Shown: positions 9,870-20,635 of the stretch, piece after piece
How positions within the stretch are numbered: the stretch's first letter is position 1
Layout: every line of letters starts with the position of its first letter
Sequence record: LR745208.1
Reading direction: 5' to 3' (one strand)
Length of the DNA: 64,000 nucleotides
Notes under the pieces: generated by a model
What the model was told of the DNA's origin: nothing
The model's database searches: none
The model's input: only the letters and a program-made list of their open reading frames with translations
Program-made: the position numbers and the translations under genes

Positions 9870-10517
9870 TCAGCAAGAAATTCGCCAGGTTATGGTCAAA
9901 ATGGATGTGTTCGGCTTCGAAATTAAATTGAAATTGCTTACGTTAACCAAAATGTCGCACACAGTCAAATCCAAACTGGGATCATAGGTAGGGAACACCG
10001 AAACCACAGGGTTCAACACTACTGGGTTCATCGAGATTGTGCGAACTAGGCCCATCTCATTGAGGGGTCCTACTGCCTCTCCTTCCCCAAAAGACGTAGT
10101 GAAATCCACTACATTGGTGGGGACTGCGGAGACTGCACCTGCTGCGGTGCGGAACACGGTGCTTGTGAAGGGCTTGCGGGCAATCTCGGCATTCAGGTGG
10201 CGTTGCCTGTTATCTGGGGCGTCTGGATTGAGGATGGGTCCTGTGGCGCCCGTCCCAACTGCCAGCATGGTCAAACCACGGATAGCAGGTGGAGTAGGAG
10301 TAGCCCCCGAAGCCAGCAGCATGGCAATAAGCACGCCACCGTCAAGAGTCACCAAGTTTTCCTTCTCAATATGCTCCAAAACCTTCCCAGTGCGGGAATC
10401 CGTGAGCTCAAGGATGTACTTGCCCTTCATAGTAGGGATAGGGTCGGTGTGGCTAAAGCCAAAACCCATCTTGACTGCTTCCCGGGCCTTCTTGATTCGA
10501 TCAAAGTATCGTGCCAT
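9870..10517 (-). CDS. Phage tail/baseplate-associated protein, 215 aa
   Basis: KENLVT...MLAVGTG...LNAEIARK...FGEGEAVGPLNEMGL pattern typical of tail-fibre-proximal/baseplate proteins; context. Confidence 0.6.
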   Translation of the reverse strand: MARYFDRIKKAREAVKMGFGFSHTDPIPTMKGKYILELTDSRTGKVLEHIEKENLVTLDGGVLIAMLLASGATPTPPAIRGLTMLAVGTGATGPILNPDAPDNRQRHLNAEIARKPFTSTVFRTAAGAVSAVPTNVVDFTTSFGEGEAVGPLNEMGLVRTISMNPVVLNPVVSVFPTYDPSLDLTVCDILVNVSNFNLISKPNTSILTITWRISC

Positions 10518-10540
10518 GACTACTGGTTCCTATAAGGCCG

Positions 10541-13500
10541 TTACAGCGCGGCCACGAGAGCAGGGGGGTCGCTATCCGTGAGAATTGCCCCAGGGGCCGC
10601 CCCGTACCGAAGAATCCAAGTGACTTCCCGGTAGATGGCTCCTGTATCCACACCTGGAACTGTACCCGTGGCAGGGGCAGTTGGGTACAACATTGCCGGT
10701 CCCACCCCTGTTGCAGCCGGGTTGGGGTCTCCCGAAAATGGAGCCGTGTAGATAGCAGGTCCGATTAACCCCAATTCCCCATCTGCCCCACCAGCTACCC
10801 CACCTGAGGCAAATAGCACAAACCTGGAGGTTCCTGGGCCCCTGCCCCGGTCCACCTGACCTACCCCCACGAAGTTCTCTGAGAATGTGGTGCCAGAAAA
10901 GCCCACACCACTCATCTTGGACCCATCACAGAAGGAAGAAATCCTACTCCGGTCCCCCCCATCATCCAATTGGAAAAAGGACATCCTCTCATAGAGGTAA
11001 TCAGGGTCGTTTTCGTACTTCCTGACGAGATATTGGTCCCGAAGGAAGTAATTGGGGTCCGCTGGCACCGCGGGTGGGAATGCTGGGGTAAGTCCCCCAT
11101 CTCCAGATACCGTACTGACAGTATCCGTATCCAGGACTGCGATCCCTGTCTGAGACATAGGTACAGGGGGTGTGCCCTCATTCAGGAGAGTTTGTGACTC
11201 CCTTAGAGGCTGACTTTGGAGGTAGGTGGTAGTGACGGGCCTCCCGGCTGCAAACACCACATTCACGGGATAGTTGGAGGAGGGCAGGGTAATCCCCAAC
11301 AAGGAGACCTCTTGGCTATCCCGATTGAACCTCCAGAGGTTGGTTGGAAGGGTGACATTGTCCACCCTGACCGCAAACACACGATCCGCATAAATATGAC
11401 AAGGTCGTAGAGAGATACGGGCATCCGTAGTTGAGGCAACCACCACCTCTTCTGGGCTCATATCCTTGAGCCTGTCCCCACTGCTGATGACATTCCATCG
11501 ATTGAGGACCATGGACTGAGGGGCCCTGTAGTCCACCGAGATGTTGGTGAAAACCCGGTACCGTACGTCATCCCAAGTCGACAGGACAGAGGATGCCGGG
11601 TTTAGGGCACCAAACACCACGCTGCCAAATTTCTCATCCGAAGTCACCCTTGGCAGCTGCATGTAATCCAACGTCACCCATCCGGCACTGGGATCCATCG
11701 ATTGGGTGGCGAAGTCTCCTGTATACCCTGGCGGGGGGGCCAAATCAGGACGAACGAAGGAAGCCCCAAACGTGGGGTCCATAAACACTCGGACCCAGCA
11801 CTCAGACCGCCAATCCATCTCGGTAATGACCGAGAGAGGATCCGAGTTGGCTACTGTTAACCCGTCTGTGCGTGGGATCTTCCAGTTGTTGATGTCATGT
11901 TTGTCACCGCCTAGGTAGAGACCAAACGACCGGTGCAGGTTCAAGACCCCAAACTCTGTGATTCCAAAACAAAGGCCCCGCAGGGATGCCTCAAACTGAG
12001 ATGTCACAGCTGGATAGGCCCTGATCTCCACATCCCCGAGTAGTGTGGAGGGTCCTGGGAAAGCCCCAGGGGCCAGAATCACAGCCACTACATTGTCCAC
12101 ATAGAGGGTAATGGCCCCTGTCTCAAATTCTAGCCGGTAGGTTCTCTGGGCACCATCGGACCAAGGTACGGCGACCGTCGCAATTGCCGCTGTCGTTGGG
12201 TCACCCCGTAGCACAATTGTATCCGTGGCTACGAAGTCCAAACAAACCTGTACACCCACTCCTTGAGCCAACAGACTCAACCCTATCCTTCCAGCGGCCC
12301 CACCCACGAAACTGGTGATGGCCATTCGGAACTCAAGGAACCTGCCCACCCCAAAAGCATAATAGGGGGTAAGGGTATTGAACATGGACCATGTATCCGC
12401 CACACTCGTCAGGAGATACTCAGGACCGTTCGGGAAGGTACTTGGCTCTGTAATCCCGGTCCCAACTACTGCATCCCAGGTCTGAAGGTAGTATGGGACT
12501 GACCCCACCAGAGACAGGGTATCGGACCTGTAAATGGACTTACCAAACCCCCCATTGTCCTGATAAAGAATGGAAGACAACTCGGCTTGACGATGTGTAT
12601 CTTGGAGGGTCAGCGTAGCCCCTCCAATTCCATAGGTGTCCCTTGCCACGCTAACCTTGGCATCCAAAGCGGACACTCTACGTCCCGTAAGGAAAGGGTC
12701 TGTGTACCCATATCCATAGGATGTACCCAACCCCTCAATTGCTGGGGTACTAGTGATGCGAAGGGCACCGGCATCCAACGCGGAATCTCCAAACGGTGTG
12801 GTCAGGTACCACTCAGCGTCCTCCGGATCCTGGGTCATTGTGGTATCGATCACCGTCCCACGTGAGAAGGCGTAGGCCCCATCCGGTGTCGCCTGATACC
12901 GGATGAACTGCCACTCAGTAGCATTCGTGGCTACCCGGTCCAGGGACCCCCATACAGCCCGGCCATACCCCTCAGGCAATACATCTGGACCCAAGTAAGC
13001 AGGGGAGGCGAGGGTAACAGCCCCTATGGAAAGGGATGCCCCTGAAGTGCCACCAAAGACCACCTGTGCAGTCTGACTCCTAGTGTTAGCATAGAGCCGC
13101 CAAGTACAAGGGCCCTCATCCCACTTGGTCTCAAAATAGATCGTGACGTCCCTGTTTCCGAAAAGCTCGGGATCTGCTGGGAAGACGGGGGTTACGCCAA
13201 TGGCGGTGACACCGGTTGTGGACTGGAAAATGTCCACAACCGTATAGACCCCGGTTTGTGTCCCCGTCAATATTTGAAACTTGTCCCCGGCTGCCAAAAG
13301 GGTGGGCACGGAGCCTGTGGGAATGGTGACCACTTGAGCAACTGGAGGCACACCTGTACGGGCTAGAATGGTACCCTCTGCCTGTGGTCCGATGACCCAG
13401 GAGTTCTGGCTTGACAACTCTCCAGGTCGAGCCAGGAGACCAATATGTCTAAGGGATGTTCCCGTTACTGGATTGGTGACAACGAGGGCCCCTGCGAAAA

Positions 13501-15832
13501 AGAGCCTCCGATTGTTATGGAACCCGAAACCAACCCCCGTGAATACCCCATCCAACGTGTACTGGGTGACCTGCAACCTTGCCCCAATGGAAACTGAGGT
13601 AGAGATCGGGAGAGGGAAATCCTGCTTCCAGTAGGACACAGAGGAGGGGTCATTGTCCGTAAGGGTGAAGATGCCGTTGGGGGCGGATCCCTGAGGATTG
13701 CCAACTGAAACCCATGGGCTACTTGGGTCATTCATCCCCCCATCAAAACTGAAACTTTGGGGCCCTACATCGGCCACCGCATAGGGGACATTCACCCTGC
13801 CCGGAGATTGGTTCAGCAGCAACGTTGTGGGGCTGTTCAGGGCAGCCGTATAGCCCTTCTCGAAGGCTAGGTAACGATGGGCAACCTGTAGGGCGGGATT
13901 CCTTCTTGGATACCGCCCCAGTGCAACAGCCATCGGGAAACGGGTAGTATCCGCACCCCCTCCAGGAAGACCAACACCCGAAGACGTGGTGTGGCGTCCG
14001 CCTTTCAGGTCCCACTTGTTGAGGGTCAATCCCATCGTGTTAAGCCGAAGTCCCTGAACCGGGGCTGGGAACCAGCTGTAGCTCACGGTTACGGTATGTG
14101 CCCCAGGAGCAAATCCAGCAATTGGGGCAGCTAGGGTGATCAGACCCGTGAAGGGGTTGATTGCACTAACGGTTACGGGGGCCGCATCATAGAGCACGGT
14201 CACATCGTATTTGGAGGCAGGAGTGCCATCCCCCCACCCCTTCACCAACGGTCCCCTGGCCACCTGGAGTGTACTGAAGGGGCCTCCCGGGGAGTAGAAC
14301 TGGGACTCCGCATCCTCATTGGTAACCACAATTGGTCGACGGATACCAAGGCGGTCTACCTCCACCGTATAAGCCACACCACCCCCGGCACTTGTAAACC
14401 TTGGGGCCACCCGAAGAATGGAGGGTGCGGGACGAACGGATGTTGAGGGACCTAGAGCATCCCCAACTGGACCCCCATCCAAGCCCAGCACCGTTTCTAG
14501 GAGGTACGAACCAGCATTGGGTCCTGTAGCAAACGTCAGAACCTCTCCCGGCACAGCCAGTGAGAAATCCTGTAGGGCATCGACAAAAGCCCCCTCCTCC
14601 ACAGTGGCGTTCCCTGACAACCCAGTGGGAGACGTTGTGTAAGCCCTGGCCACCACATCATCCCCATAGGGAAATGTGAGAACCGCTTTTACCTCATATC
14701 GATGCTCCCGAGGAAGATGGGTGCTAGGAGCTGGGGCGGGCACCACAGGTACCAGAAGGGTGGCCCCAACTCGAACTGACCGGAAACTCAATGTGGGGTC
14801 ATTGAACATGTACCGGTCAGCCAGCACAATCCCACCAGATCCCGAAAGCTCCTTCGTACCTGTACAGTCCCTACGGACGTCCTCATACCGATAATCACTG
14901 AGGTCCACCCTCCCCAATGTATCAGTGAAGGCTTGGTCAAGGGTCTCCCGGAACAGGTTACGGTACTCATACAAGGTATGGGCGGGGTCTAGTGCCTGTA
15001 GGATTAGAGCCACATTACTTTGCAGGACCAGTGGTAGGTCCGCAAAATCAGACAAAAGATCATGAACGTGTGGATCCTGTCCCACCCCATTAGCCGACTC
15101 CACCAGGAACCCGGATATTGGATGGGTGTGAGAGGGGCCAGTACCCGCATCATACACGGCATCAACCGTGGTACCTGTACCAGATACGTTGACGGTCACC
15201 GTGTGATAATGCAAGGCCACCGCAATAGCTGAGGTGGACGCGGTTTTCCGATACTTCGATATGTCTACCTCGAAAGTGAACTGGTCTGCAAGGGTCCAGG
15301 CTACTCCTGGGACCCCTACAAACTTCCCCTTCTCAATGATGGAAACATTGGCATCGGTCAAGGCTTCCACACCAGAAACAAGGGTGGATACTTTGCTGCC
15401 TTGTAGGAGCAGGGCAACCATCCTCTTGAGGAACTCCCGGTAGGTAATATCCCCGCCTATCTCAGGGATTCCAGTGACGCTTGCATCTGGAAATACCAGG
15501 GTTGCGAGGAACTGGAATAGGACCTCGCTGCGGGTGAAATCAAAGTCCGTGTCCTCGTATGCATCTGTCAGTAGAACCTGGATCTTGGCCAACTCCTCAG
15601 CCGCCGATTGGAATTGTTGGACATAGTAAGGGCCCTTTGATTGGGCCACATAGTTCGAGGGCAGCGAGTTGAGAAACACCGTAACGATTTGGTCCGCAAG
15701 CGCACGTACACGGTCAGCATCAACCTGCCCAGTTACCCCAAATGGGGCTGGGTTCTGTGCACTCGGGCCATAGACGGAGGCAGGGAGGCGGCTGGTTAGC
15801 CCTGAGGTGTTTGGGGATTTGGGTAGGGTCAT
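10541..15832 (-). CDS. Very large baseplate/tail protein, 1763 aa
   Basis: Long ORF directly downstream of the baseplate J-like gene; HxH motifs near the N-terminus; beta-rich composition. Confidence 0.65.
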   Translation of the reverse strand: MTLPKSPNTSGLTSRLPASVYGPSAQNPAPFGVTGQVDADRVRALADQIVTVFLNSLPSNYVAQSKGPYYVQQFQSAAEELAKIQVLLTDAYEDTDFDFTRSEVLFQFLATLVFPDASVTGIPEIGGDITYREFLKRMVALLLQGSKVSTLVSGVEALTDANVSIIEKGKFVGVPGVAWTLADQFTFEVDISKYRKTASTSAIAVALHYHTVTVNVSGTGTTVDAVYDAGTGPSHTHPISGFLVESANGVGQDPHVHDLLSDFADLPLVLQSNVALILQALDPAHTLYEYRNLFRETLDQAFTDTLGRVDLSDYRYEDVRRDCTGTKELSGSGGIVLADRYMFNDPTLSFRSVRVGATLLVPVVPAPAPSTHLPREHRYEVKAVLTFPYGDDVVARAYTTSPTGLSGNATVEEGAFVDALQDFSLAVPGEVLTFATGPNAGSYLLETVLGLDGGPVGDALGPSTSVRPAPSILRVAPRFTSAGGGVAYTVEVDRLGIRRPIVVTNEDAESQFYSPGGPFSTLQVARGPLVKGWGDGTPASKYDVTVLYDAAPVTVSAINPFTGLITLAAPIAGFAPGAHTVTVSYSWFPAPVQGLRLNTMGLTLNKWDLKGGRHTTSSGVGLPGGGADTTRFPMAVALGRYPRRNPALQVAHRYLAFEKGYTAALNSPTTLLLNQSPGRVNVPYAVADVGPQSFSFDGGMNDPSSPWVSVGNPQGSAPNGIFTLTDNDPSSVSYWKQDFPLPISTSVSIGARLQVTQYTLDGVFTGVGFGFHNNRRLFFAGALVVTNPVTGTSLRHIGLLARPGELSSQNSWVIGPQAEGTILARTGVPPVAQVVTIPTGSVPTLLAAGDKFQILTGTQTGVYTVVDIFQSTTGVTAIGVTPVFPADPELFGNRDVTIYFETKWDEGPCTWRLYANTRSQTAQVVFGGTSGASLSIGAVTLASPAYLGPDVLPEGYGRAVWGSLDRVATNATEWQFIRYQATPDGAYAFSRGTVIDTTMTQDPEDAEWYLTTPFGDSALDAGALRITSTPAIEGLGTSYGYGYTDPFLTGRRVSALDAKVSVARDTYGIGGATLTLQDTHRQAELSSILYQDNGGFGKSIYRSDTLSLVGSVPYYLQTWDAVVGTGITEPSTFPNGPEYLLTSVADTWSMFNTLTPYYAFGVGRFLEFRMAITSFVGGAAGRIGLSLLAQGVGVQVCLDFVATDTIVLRGDPTTAAIATVAVPWSDGAQRTYRLEFETGAITLYVDNVVAVILAPGAFPGPSTLLGDVEIRAYPAVTSQFEASLRGLCFGITEFGVLNLHRSFGLYLGGDKHDINNWKIPRTDGLTVANSDPLSVITEMDWRSECWVRVFMDPTFGASFVRPDLAPPPGYTGDFATQSMDPSAGWVTLDYMQLPRVTSDEKFGSVVFGALNPASSVLSTWDDVRYRVFTNISVDYRAPQSMVLNRWNVISSGDRLKDMSPEEVVVASTTDARISLRPCHIYADRVFAVRVDNVTLPTNLWRFNRDSQEVSLLGITLPSSNYPVNVVFAAGRPVTTTYLQSQPLRESQTLLNEGTPPVPMSQTGIAVLDTDTVSTVSGDGGLTPAFPPAVPADPNYFLRDQYLVRKYENDPDYLYERMSFFQLDDGGDRSRISSFCDGSKMSGVGFSGTTFSENFVGVGQVDRGRGPGTSRFVLFASGGVAGGADGELGLIGPAIYTAPFSGDPNPAATGVGPAMLYPTAPATGTVPGVDTGAIYREVTWILRYGAAPGAILTDSDPPALVAAL

Positions 15833-15835
15833 GGC

Positions 15836-18800
15836 CTAGCGATCTTCCGTGTATGTGAATCGGACACTGCCCAAAACCAGATATTCCATCTGATTCACTG
15901 CGATATCCTGTTCCCCCTCACTGTACCGCACCATGTACGTGGTCCAGTACTTGTGGTTGGATGGGGCATCCCCAATTGGCAATGAAACCAGCACATGATT
16001 TTTGACTAGATCCTGGCTGTACCCCGGAACCAGGAGCCCCCCACTTCCTATGATGTATGCCCTCCCATTACCCTGAGCTAGATTCTGTGGGGCACTCGTT
16101 TGAAGGTCCAACGCCACGTCATCCTGGTACACCCCACGGAACTCATTTGTTGGTCCCCCCCCGTTGTCAGTAGGGGCTGTGAGCTGTTGAATGATGAGCC
16201 ATGTAGCATACTGTGAATTAGACCAGGAATCAACCCTGAAGGCGTCCCCCAGAGCCAAGGTATCCAGGTCATCCCGGACCACCTGACTATTGACCGCACG
16301 GGCCATCTTGGTCAAAGGAACCACTACATAGGATACATAGTCGCTCCGGTCGATAGCCGTGATGACATCCGACCTGCGAAGAGCTTGGACCGACCCGGAC
16401 ACAAGGTACTGAAGGTTGTTACGGATGGACTGGTCAGCGAGGTTCCGGATGTCTCCCTGTTGGGTGCCAGTGCCCTTCTTCAATACCACAGATGCCGTGA
16501 TGTCAACGGGCACCTGTACGGATTCCTTGGCCAACACCAGGGCCGTTGCATGACTCCCATCATCCAAAGCTTGCTGCAAAGCGGATGTCACCAAGTTGGT
16601 CTGATAAGAGACCACGAAATTCTCGGCGTACTGGTAGGTAATCAGTACAGTCCCCCCGTCAGGGATGGTGCTGGTTTGGGTCCGTCGAATCCCCACAGGG
16701 TTCGTGGCGTCCCCCTCAACGATTGTGTAATCGGGAGTGCCCCCTGGGTCGTAAGGCCCCGCATAGGTGACCGTGCTGGTGCTGTTTGTGACCACTAGGC
16801 TCAGGGAGTCTGCCCCCAGACGGAACAGGGACTCCACGTAGAAGCCACTCACCAAATGAAGCTCGTTAGTTTCGGTGAAGAGTGCCCCAGATGGAGACAC
16901 CACATTGGGATCCGTGGACTCGTTGATCTGAAGGTAGTCTCCTGCTTGGGTGGACTTCCCCAGGCCCAATGGTGCCTTAGGGTGTACAAGAGAGTAGAGT
17001 TGGGTATCCAGCAACCCCGTAACCTCCCCCTCCACAGAGAGAACAGCACTCACTGGCTGGCGAGAGAGCGTGTAGGTAGTCCCGGTCCGGTAGCGGTAGT
17101 CCCCCAACACAATGTCTGTGAGCCCCAATGCGGGCTGAACAATCCCTGAGGCGGTGGACAGTTGGATGGTGTTGTAGTTGAGAATTACCACCCCGGTCAG
17201 GTCAAAAAACTCCCCTGTAGTGATGTTTCGGATACCCAACCCGAGAGAGAGGTAGTCAAGCATCTGTGCCAGTGGGTTGGAAACCGTCAGATCCACATCG
17301 ATAGCCCTGAGGACGTAGTCACTAGGGGTTCCAATGACCACAAACTGAATGTCCCTCTTCTGGGAATAGGTGAAGGCAAACACATCCGAGATGGTCGCAT
17401 TGCGGACACCACGTTCCCACACATCCACCAACCCCCCCATATGCCTCTTGAGGGTCGTGTCATAATCCCGCTGCATAAAAGGGCTACCTGCCCTCACCAC
17501 CTGTGATTGCAGCACTCCAGGAACACTTGCTGCTATCTTCCCATACCCCTGAGCAGTCCCAGTGTCCACAGAGGCCAAGGCAGCCCTTGCCCTCGATGCC
17601 AAATGAGAATTGGTTTCTACGTCGGTCCCTCCGAAGGTAGGAGCATCATTCGTCACGGACAACCCATACACGGCACTCGATGTGATCTGCCGTGCCCCAA
17701 GGTTCGTCACAGACCCTACGGTCACTGCCTGAAGGGGAACCGTGACCGAGTATTGCCGGGTGGCGGGATTGTAGAAGGAAGCCAAGCTACTCACGGGAAT
17801 GGAAGAGGATCGAGTAGTCCTGTACTGAATACCACCACCCACCACGATTGTCCCGAGAGGGATTGGGAGGCTCTGCGTCGGGGTCAAAGAGGTGTAGAAG
17901 CGGCCCTCACCAATGGCCCCCTTACCACCTTCCCTGGTAACCCCAAAATTGGCAGCAAGCTTCTCAAAAGACCCATCGATGATGGCCTGCACATCATTGA
18001 CATTTGAGAAGAACAGGGCCGAGGCCAGAGCTGTCTTGTAGGCCGAGGAGGCAGGGGACACGGATGCCCCCGTGCCATTGGGGTCGTCAATTGCCAACAG
18101 GGTGTCAAAAGAGGATGCCCGGTACACGTAGTCCAGCAGGAATCGGACCCGCTCAACCTCTGTGGAGAATGGGTCCAGGAATGTGTCCCGTACCACTGCC
18201 CCAGGTTGCACTGCAATGTCTGGGTTCTGGCGGTAGATTGAGAAGATCGCTTCCTCCAGGGTCTGTTGCCTGGAGATGGCAGCCAGCGTGGTCGTCTGGA
18301 TCCTAATGACCGCAGGTGCCCCCACTACCTCCGTAGAGAAGAAGGATTCAAACTCCGTCTGTGTCGTGGTATCGAAGTAAACTGCGGTTACCACATAGAA
18401 GAGGGATTCCGTAGAGGGGGTTGAGGCAAACACCCCCGAGAAAATGGTGGGGGGGGTAGACTGTGCATTGTTGTTTCGCCCATGGGCGAAGGAGTAGTAG
18501 GTCACCGTCTCCAAAGAGGACAGGGTCACCTGGGTCTGGATCTCCGTAACCGTCTGTGCAATCTCTACCCTGGAGTCCACGTCCGCCGACAACACCGTCT
18601 CCGCAAGGTTCTCTTGGTCAACCCGGGCTCTAACATACAGGGGGTTGGATGCCTGTGCAGGATTCTTGGAGGTGAGGGTAAAAAGCTCCGTGGCATTCTC
18701 CACAGGCTCCCCCGTAACGACCTTGTTGACATTGAGGCGGGTGTACCCACTTGCTCCTCCCCCCGCAGTCGTGGAGGCATAGAAGTTGTAGCCAGTAACT

Positions 18801-19213
18801 CGTGTGTCGGTGAGCCCCTGGACGGTGATTGTTACCTCATTGTCCATTCGCTCAATTGTGATACCACTGGGTGGCTCGAATATCTCTACCTGGGATGGGG
18901 AGATGAGCCTGATAGTAGCGGTGACCGCAGGGGTTCTGGTACCCCCCAGGTAAACCCCACGCACCTGAATGATGTTATCCCCAGACAAAAGGTCCAGCCC
19001 ATTTGGGAAGGATGATGGGTTGGGGATCGTGAAGCTAGTACCGGTAAAGGCCACAAGTGAGGGGTCACTCGTGAAGGGCTGCCCAAAGATGGACACCTCA
19101 ACGTCAATGATATCGGTGGATAGAGTCCCACTTAGGAAGCTGGTAGTCTGTGCAGTCGAAAAGACCAGTTGGTCCCTGAGTACACCGTCGGGCCCGAGAA
19201 GTTGTAGTGTCAT
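15836..19213 (-). CDS. Baseplate wedge protein (baseplate J/gp6-like), 1125 aa
   Basis: PGAVVRD-type motif, FEKLAANFGVTR, IPLGTIV, GGTDVETNSHL-x-x-RAR pattern of baseplate J-like proteins; follows the gp25-like gene. Confidence 0.75.
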   Translation of the reverse strand: MTLQLLGPDGVLRDQLVFSTAQTTSFLSGTLSTDIIDVEVSIFGQPFTSDPSLVAFTGTSFTIPNPSSFPNGLDLLSGDNIIQVRGVYLGGTRTPAVTATIRLISPSQVEIFEPPSGITIERMDNEVTITVQGLTDTRVTGYNFYASTTAGGGASGYTRLNVNKVVTGEPVENATELFTLTSKNPAQASNPLYVRARVDQENLAETVLSADVDSRVEIAQTVTEIQTQVTLSSLETVTYYSFAHGRNNNAQSTPPTIFSGVFASTPSTESLFYVVTAVYFDTTTQTEFESFFSTEVVGAPAVIRIQTTTLAAISRQQTLEEAIFSIYRQNPDIAVQPGAVVRDTFLDPFSTEVERVRFLLDYVYRASSFDTLLAIDDPNGTGASVSPASSAYKTALASALFFSNVNDVQAIIDGSFEKLAANFGVTREGGKGAIGEGRFYTSLTPTQSLPIPLGTIVVGGGIQYRTTRSSSIPVSSLASFYNPATRQYSVTVPLQAVTVGSVTNLGARQITSSAVYGLSVTNDAPTFGGTDVETNSHLASRARAALASVDTGTAQGYGKIAASVPGVLQSQVVRAGSPFMQRDYDTTLKRHMGGLVDVWERGVRNATISDVFAFTYSQKRDIQFVVIGTPSDYVLRAIDVDLTVSNPLAQMLDYLSLGLGIRNITTGEFFDLTGVVILNYNTIQLSTASGIVQPALGLTDIVLGDYRYRTGTTYTLSRQPVSAVLSVEGEVTGLLDTQLYSLVHPKAPLGLGKSTQAGDYLQINESTDPNVVSPSGALFTETNELHLVSGFYVESLFRLGADSLSLVVTNSTSTVTYAGPYDPGGTPDYTIVEGDATNPVGIRRTQTSTIPDGGTVLITYQYAENFVVSYQTNLVTSALQQALDDGSHATALVLAKESVQVPVDITASVVLKKGTGTQQGDIRNLADQSIRNNLQYLVSGSVQALRRSDVITAIDRSDYVSYVVVPLTKMARAVNSQVVRDDLDTLALGDAFRVDSWSNSQYATWLIIQQLTAPTDNGGGPTNEFRGVYQDDVALDLQTSAPQNLAQGNGRAYIIGSGGLLVPGYSQDLVKNHVLVSLPIGDAPSNHKYWTTYMVRYSEGEQDIAVNQMEYLVLGSVRFTYTEDR

Positions 19214-19217
19214 AGCC

Positions 19218-20336
19218 TTAGAAGTTCCCTAGAGACAGATTGTTGGTCCCAGGCAATGCGAACATACCCGGTGCAGTGTAAACGATTGAAATGACCACCG
19301 GGTCACTGGAGAAGTTGCGGACATTGACCTCCACCAGGAACACCGTTGGGTCTTCTGAGGACGGGGTCACAACCACCCCGTCCACTGAGAAGAGCCTCTC
19401 CTTGGCCGTAATCCGCTGGAATTTGGCCTGAGCATTCTGGAGGTTCTGGAACCTAGTCAGAGCGTTCATGACCGACTGCCGAATCCCCGAAGCCGTTCCC
19501 CCAATTGCTTTACTACCAATCAGGTCGGCCAGATTGGACCCATACCAGGGGTAGTAGATATTGGACCCGAGTTCCGTCAGGATGACCTTGAGACAAGACT
19601 GGTACAGGAGGTTCTCGTCAGTAACGGTAATGGCCTCCCCTTGGGTATCAAACCGGTAATCGTTTTCCACCTCAGTGCCACGGCACCGGAGACACTGGTC
19701 AGGCGGGACCGTGTAGGTCACCGAGTAGTAGTAGTTCTGTCTAACTGGAGCATCGAACCGAATGAAATACCCCCGGGGGTCCGCCTCTGCGATGTCCTGT
19801 GCGGACCCCAGGCCCGCCGAACGGGCATACACCTTCCATGAGGGGACCACCACCTTCCCCTTGTCCCCGCTTTGCTGGTCAAACCCCAGAGGCTCCAAGG
19901 CAGTCCCCGTCACCTGCATGCGGGAGGACAATCCCATGGTCTTCTGGTCCGTTAGCGTGAAACACCCGTTCCCCACGGAGGCCCCCACCTGAACGTCACT
20001 CCCCTGTGCGGCAGTGAACAGGCTAGTGAGACGCTCATTGGACAGGTACCCAGTAGGGAGGGACACCGTGAATGTCCTGGTGGTTGTGGTGACTGTGATG
20101 GAGTTGGTAGCTGTGGTCACCCGGTAAGGCTCTCGGCGGTAACTCCTCAGGGTCGCCGAGGTTACCACCCCCGTGAAGGCAGGTACCTCGTAGGTATCAT
20201 TCACCACCAACTTGAGAAGCGAAGTCCCATTGATGGGCTTGATCGTGTAAAGGGACCGGCGATCTGGGTCAAGAGTGACCCTTTCCTCACCTAGAATATG
20301 ACTACACGGAAAAGCAAGTTGGATATCTCGGCTCAC
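19218..20336 (-). CDS. Baseplate protein with C-terminal GPW/gp25-like domain
   Basis: C-terminal LLYQSCLKVILTELGSNIYYPWYGSNLADLIG...FLVEVNV, typical of the gp25 family. Confidence 0.75.
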   Translation of the reverse strand: MSRDIQLAFPCSHILGEERVTLDPDRRSLYTIKPINGTSLLKLVVNDTYEVPAFTGVVTSATLRSYRREPYRVTTATNSITVTTTTRTFTVSLPTGYLSNERLTSLFTAAQGSDVQVGASVGNGCFTLTDQKTMGLSSRMQVTGTALEPLGFDQQSGDKGKVVVPSWKVYARSAGLGSAQDIAEADPRGYFIRFDAPVRQNYYYSVTYTVPPDQCLRCRGTEVENDYRFDTQGEAITVTDENLLYQSCLKVILTELGSNIYYPWYGSNLADLIGSKAIGGTASGIRQSVMNALTRFQNLQNAQAKFQRITAKERLFSVDGVVVTPSSEDPTVFLVEVNVRNFSSDPVVISIVYTAPGMFALPGTNNLSLGNF

Positions 20337-20515
20337 AGAGGCACCCTCTTCAGGTCTATAGACTCGCCGGGAACGTAGCTGACCACGTAAGCAGGGTCAC
20401 AGGGCCACACACCCGCTAGGCCGCAAGCGGCCCTGCGAATGTCCCGCTTGGTTGCCCCTTCAGGCACATCCACCGTCCCTCGGGGGCTGCCCTCTACCTG
20501 AACCTCAATTTGCAC
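20333..20515 (-). CDS. 60-aa protein resembling the leucyl-tRNA synthetase C-terminal (tRNA-binding) domain
   Basis: Perfect SD TAAGGAGGT 8 nt before GTG; stop overlaps the next start (GTGA); VQVxGxxRxxxxVPxxAT...VxYVPG matches the LeuRS CTD pattern. Confidence 0.65.
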   Translation of the reverse strand: MQIEVQVEGSPRGTVDVPEGATKRDIRRAACGLAGVWPCDPAYVVSYVPGESIDLKRVPL

Positions 20516-20635
20516 CTGGGGAGACCTCCTTACAGTCTACCAACGGGGCGACGATACAAGGGATAGGGCCGGAGGAATGGCTAAGGCAGCCATATTCGTG
20601 GGCCGGAGTAGGTCCAACCACTCGAAAGATATGGA

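Noticed and set aside
20577-20593. ATGGCT/AGCCAT hairpin and a 20-codon plus-strand ORF after GGAGGA
   Set aside because: SD-to-start spacing is zero, the stem is short and there is no U-tract; insufficient support.
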